This document shows, one piece after another, positions 63,217-64,000 of a stretch of 64,000 nucleotides of DNA (positions are counted from its first letter, which is position 1; every line of letters begins with the position of its first letter). The stretch is taken from the NCBI GenBank assembly GCA_026023565.1, contig JAPETS010000040.1, positions 1 through 64,000 on the forward strand. Reading direction: 5' to 3'. The notes under the pieces were generated by a model, which worked only from the letters and a program-made list of their open reading frames with translations, was not told the DNA's origin and made no database searches. Source of the stretch: Cirrosporium novae-zelandiae (lineage: Eukaryota). Position numbers and translations under genes: made by a program.

Positions 63217-64000
63217 TTACAAACAAACACCATTAAAGTCGAGCCGATTCTTGTTAATAAAATCACGTCCCAACATCATGTCACATAGAAGGTCCTTCAC
63301 AACATAGAATTTGACATCGACATAAGTCTTGCGCAGTTGGCTAGTAGTAGTCCACTGCGGCCTGACGATCTCATTCAATATTTGTCTCCCCCCTGATAGT
63401 CCAACCACAGTGAGACTTTCAGGTTTAGATAGATGCTCTACCTCGAGACCTAAGGCTTCCACGATAGATAAACTAATTAAATTGTAATTTAAGCCGGAGT
63501 CTAGGTTAGCCTGAACGAGATTGTAAGTGGATTCCTTTTGGTTCCTATATTCGCCTGGGTTATAAAATTATTATCTAGCCCATCTGAATTACCACCTTCA
63601 GGCAGCACTTCAGAACTGTCGGAGCTATATTCGACATCAGAATTCATTTCCTGAGGGAGAGTAGCGAGAGCGATTTCCTCCATATGTCGACCGAGGTGGG
63701 TTTTAAAGGCCCTCTCTGTGGGACCTGGGTTCTTGAGGCACAGAGGGCATTTCAAACTGCTCGCTGGTTTTGTTGGCTCTCTTTTTGCAGCATTGGTTGC
63801 GCTCTGGAAGTTTGGCTGCAGAAATGTAAATTTTGCCTCGTGCTTTTGTTGGAGATGATCTTCCCACTCAGTTGAGGATGGAAGTTTGGCGTCACACTCA
63901 GGACATTGCCAATATATATCTATATGATGATGATTAAATTCATGCTCCGCCCATTGTTTGCGGGTTGGGAATGTTACTAGCTCGGACTCGCAGTCTGAAA
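63217..64000 (-). CDS. 3' part of a C2H2 zinc-finger protein with a probable C-terminal retropepsin-like domain (start lies outside the window)
   Basis: Open frame DCESELVTFPTRKQWAEHE...WQCPECD...HLQQKH...CPLC...HLGRHMEEIALATLP. A second frame has ANLDSGLNYNLIS...KFYVV...DMMLGRDF. Confidence 0.65.

Overview
Intron-containing, microsatellite-rich DNA from a filamentous ascomycete (probably Eurotiomycetes; inferred from gene content, CTRAC/CTAAT branch sites and short introns). Conserved genes: FMT1, CCZ1, a PTP-fold phosphatase, a spermidine-synthase-like methyltransferase, a CCDC97-like gene, a PTK2/HAL kinase, an acyl-CoA synthetase, the second PKA catalytic subunit, VMA11 (7 exons, absent from the ORF track), ROM2, a MARVEL protein, a DUF4336-like protein, OCH1, CYS2/cysA and an MCH-type MFS transporter. 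The window ends in a partial C2H2 zinc-finger gene that appears to carry a retropepsin-like domain. An accessory island at about 6.7-16.4 kb holds three atypical kinases, an orphan and an HNH nuclease; the HNH gene and its convergent kinase each carry one C>T-type nonsense codon. Two regions without a recognisable ORF (about 16.5-18.2 kb on -, about 57.3-58.2 kb on +) show nested, strand-consistent base pairing beside a 9-nt telomere-template match, so they are long ncRNA / telomerase RNA candidates. Exon boundaries and RNA helices were worked out by eye and need computational confirmation.
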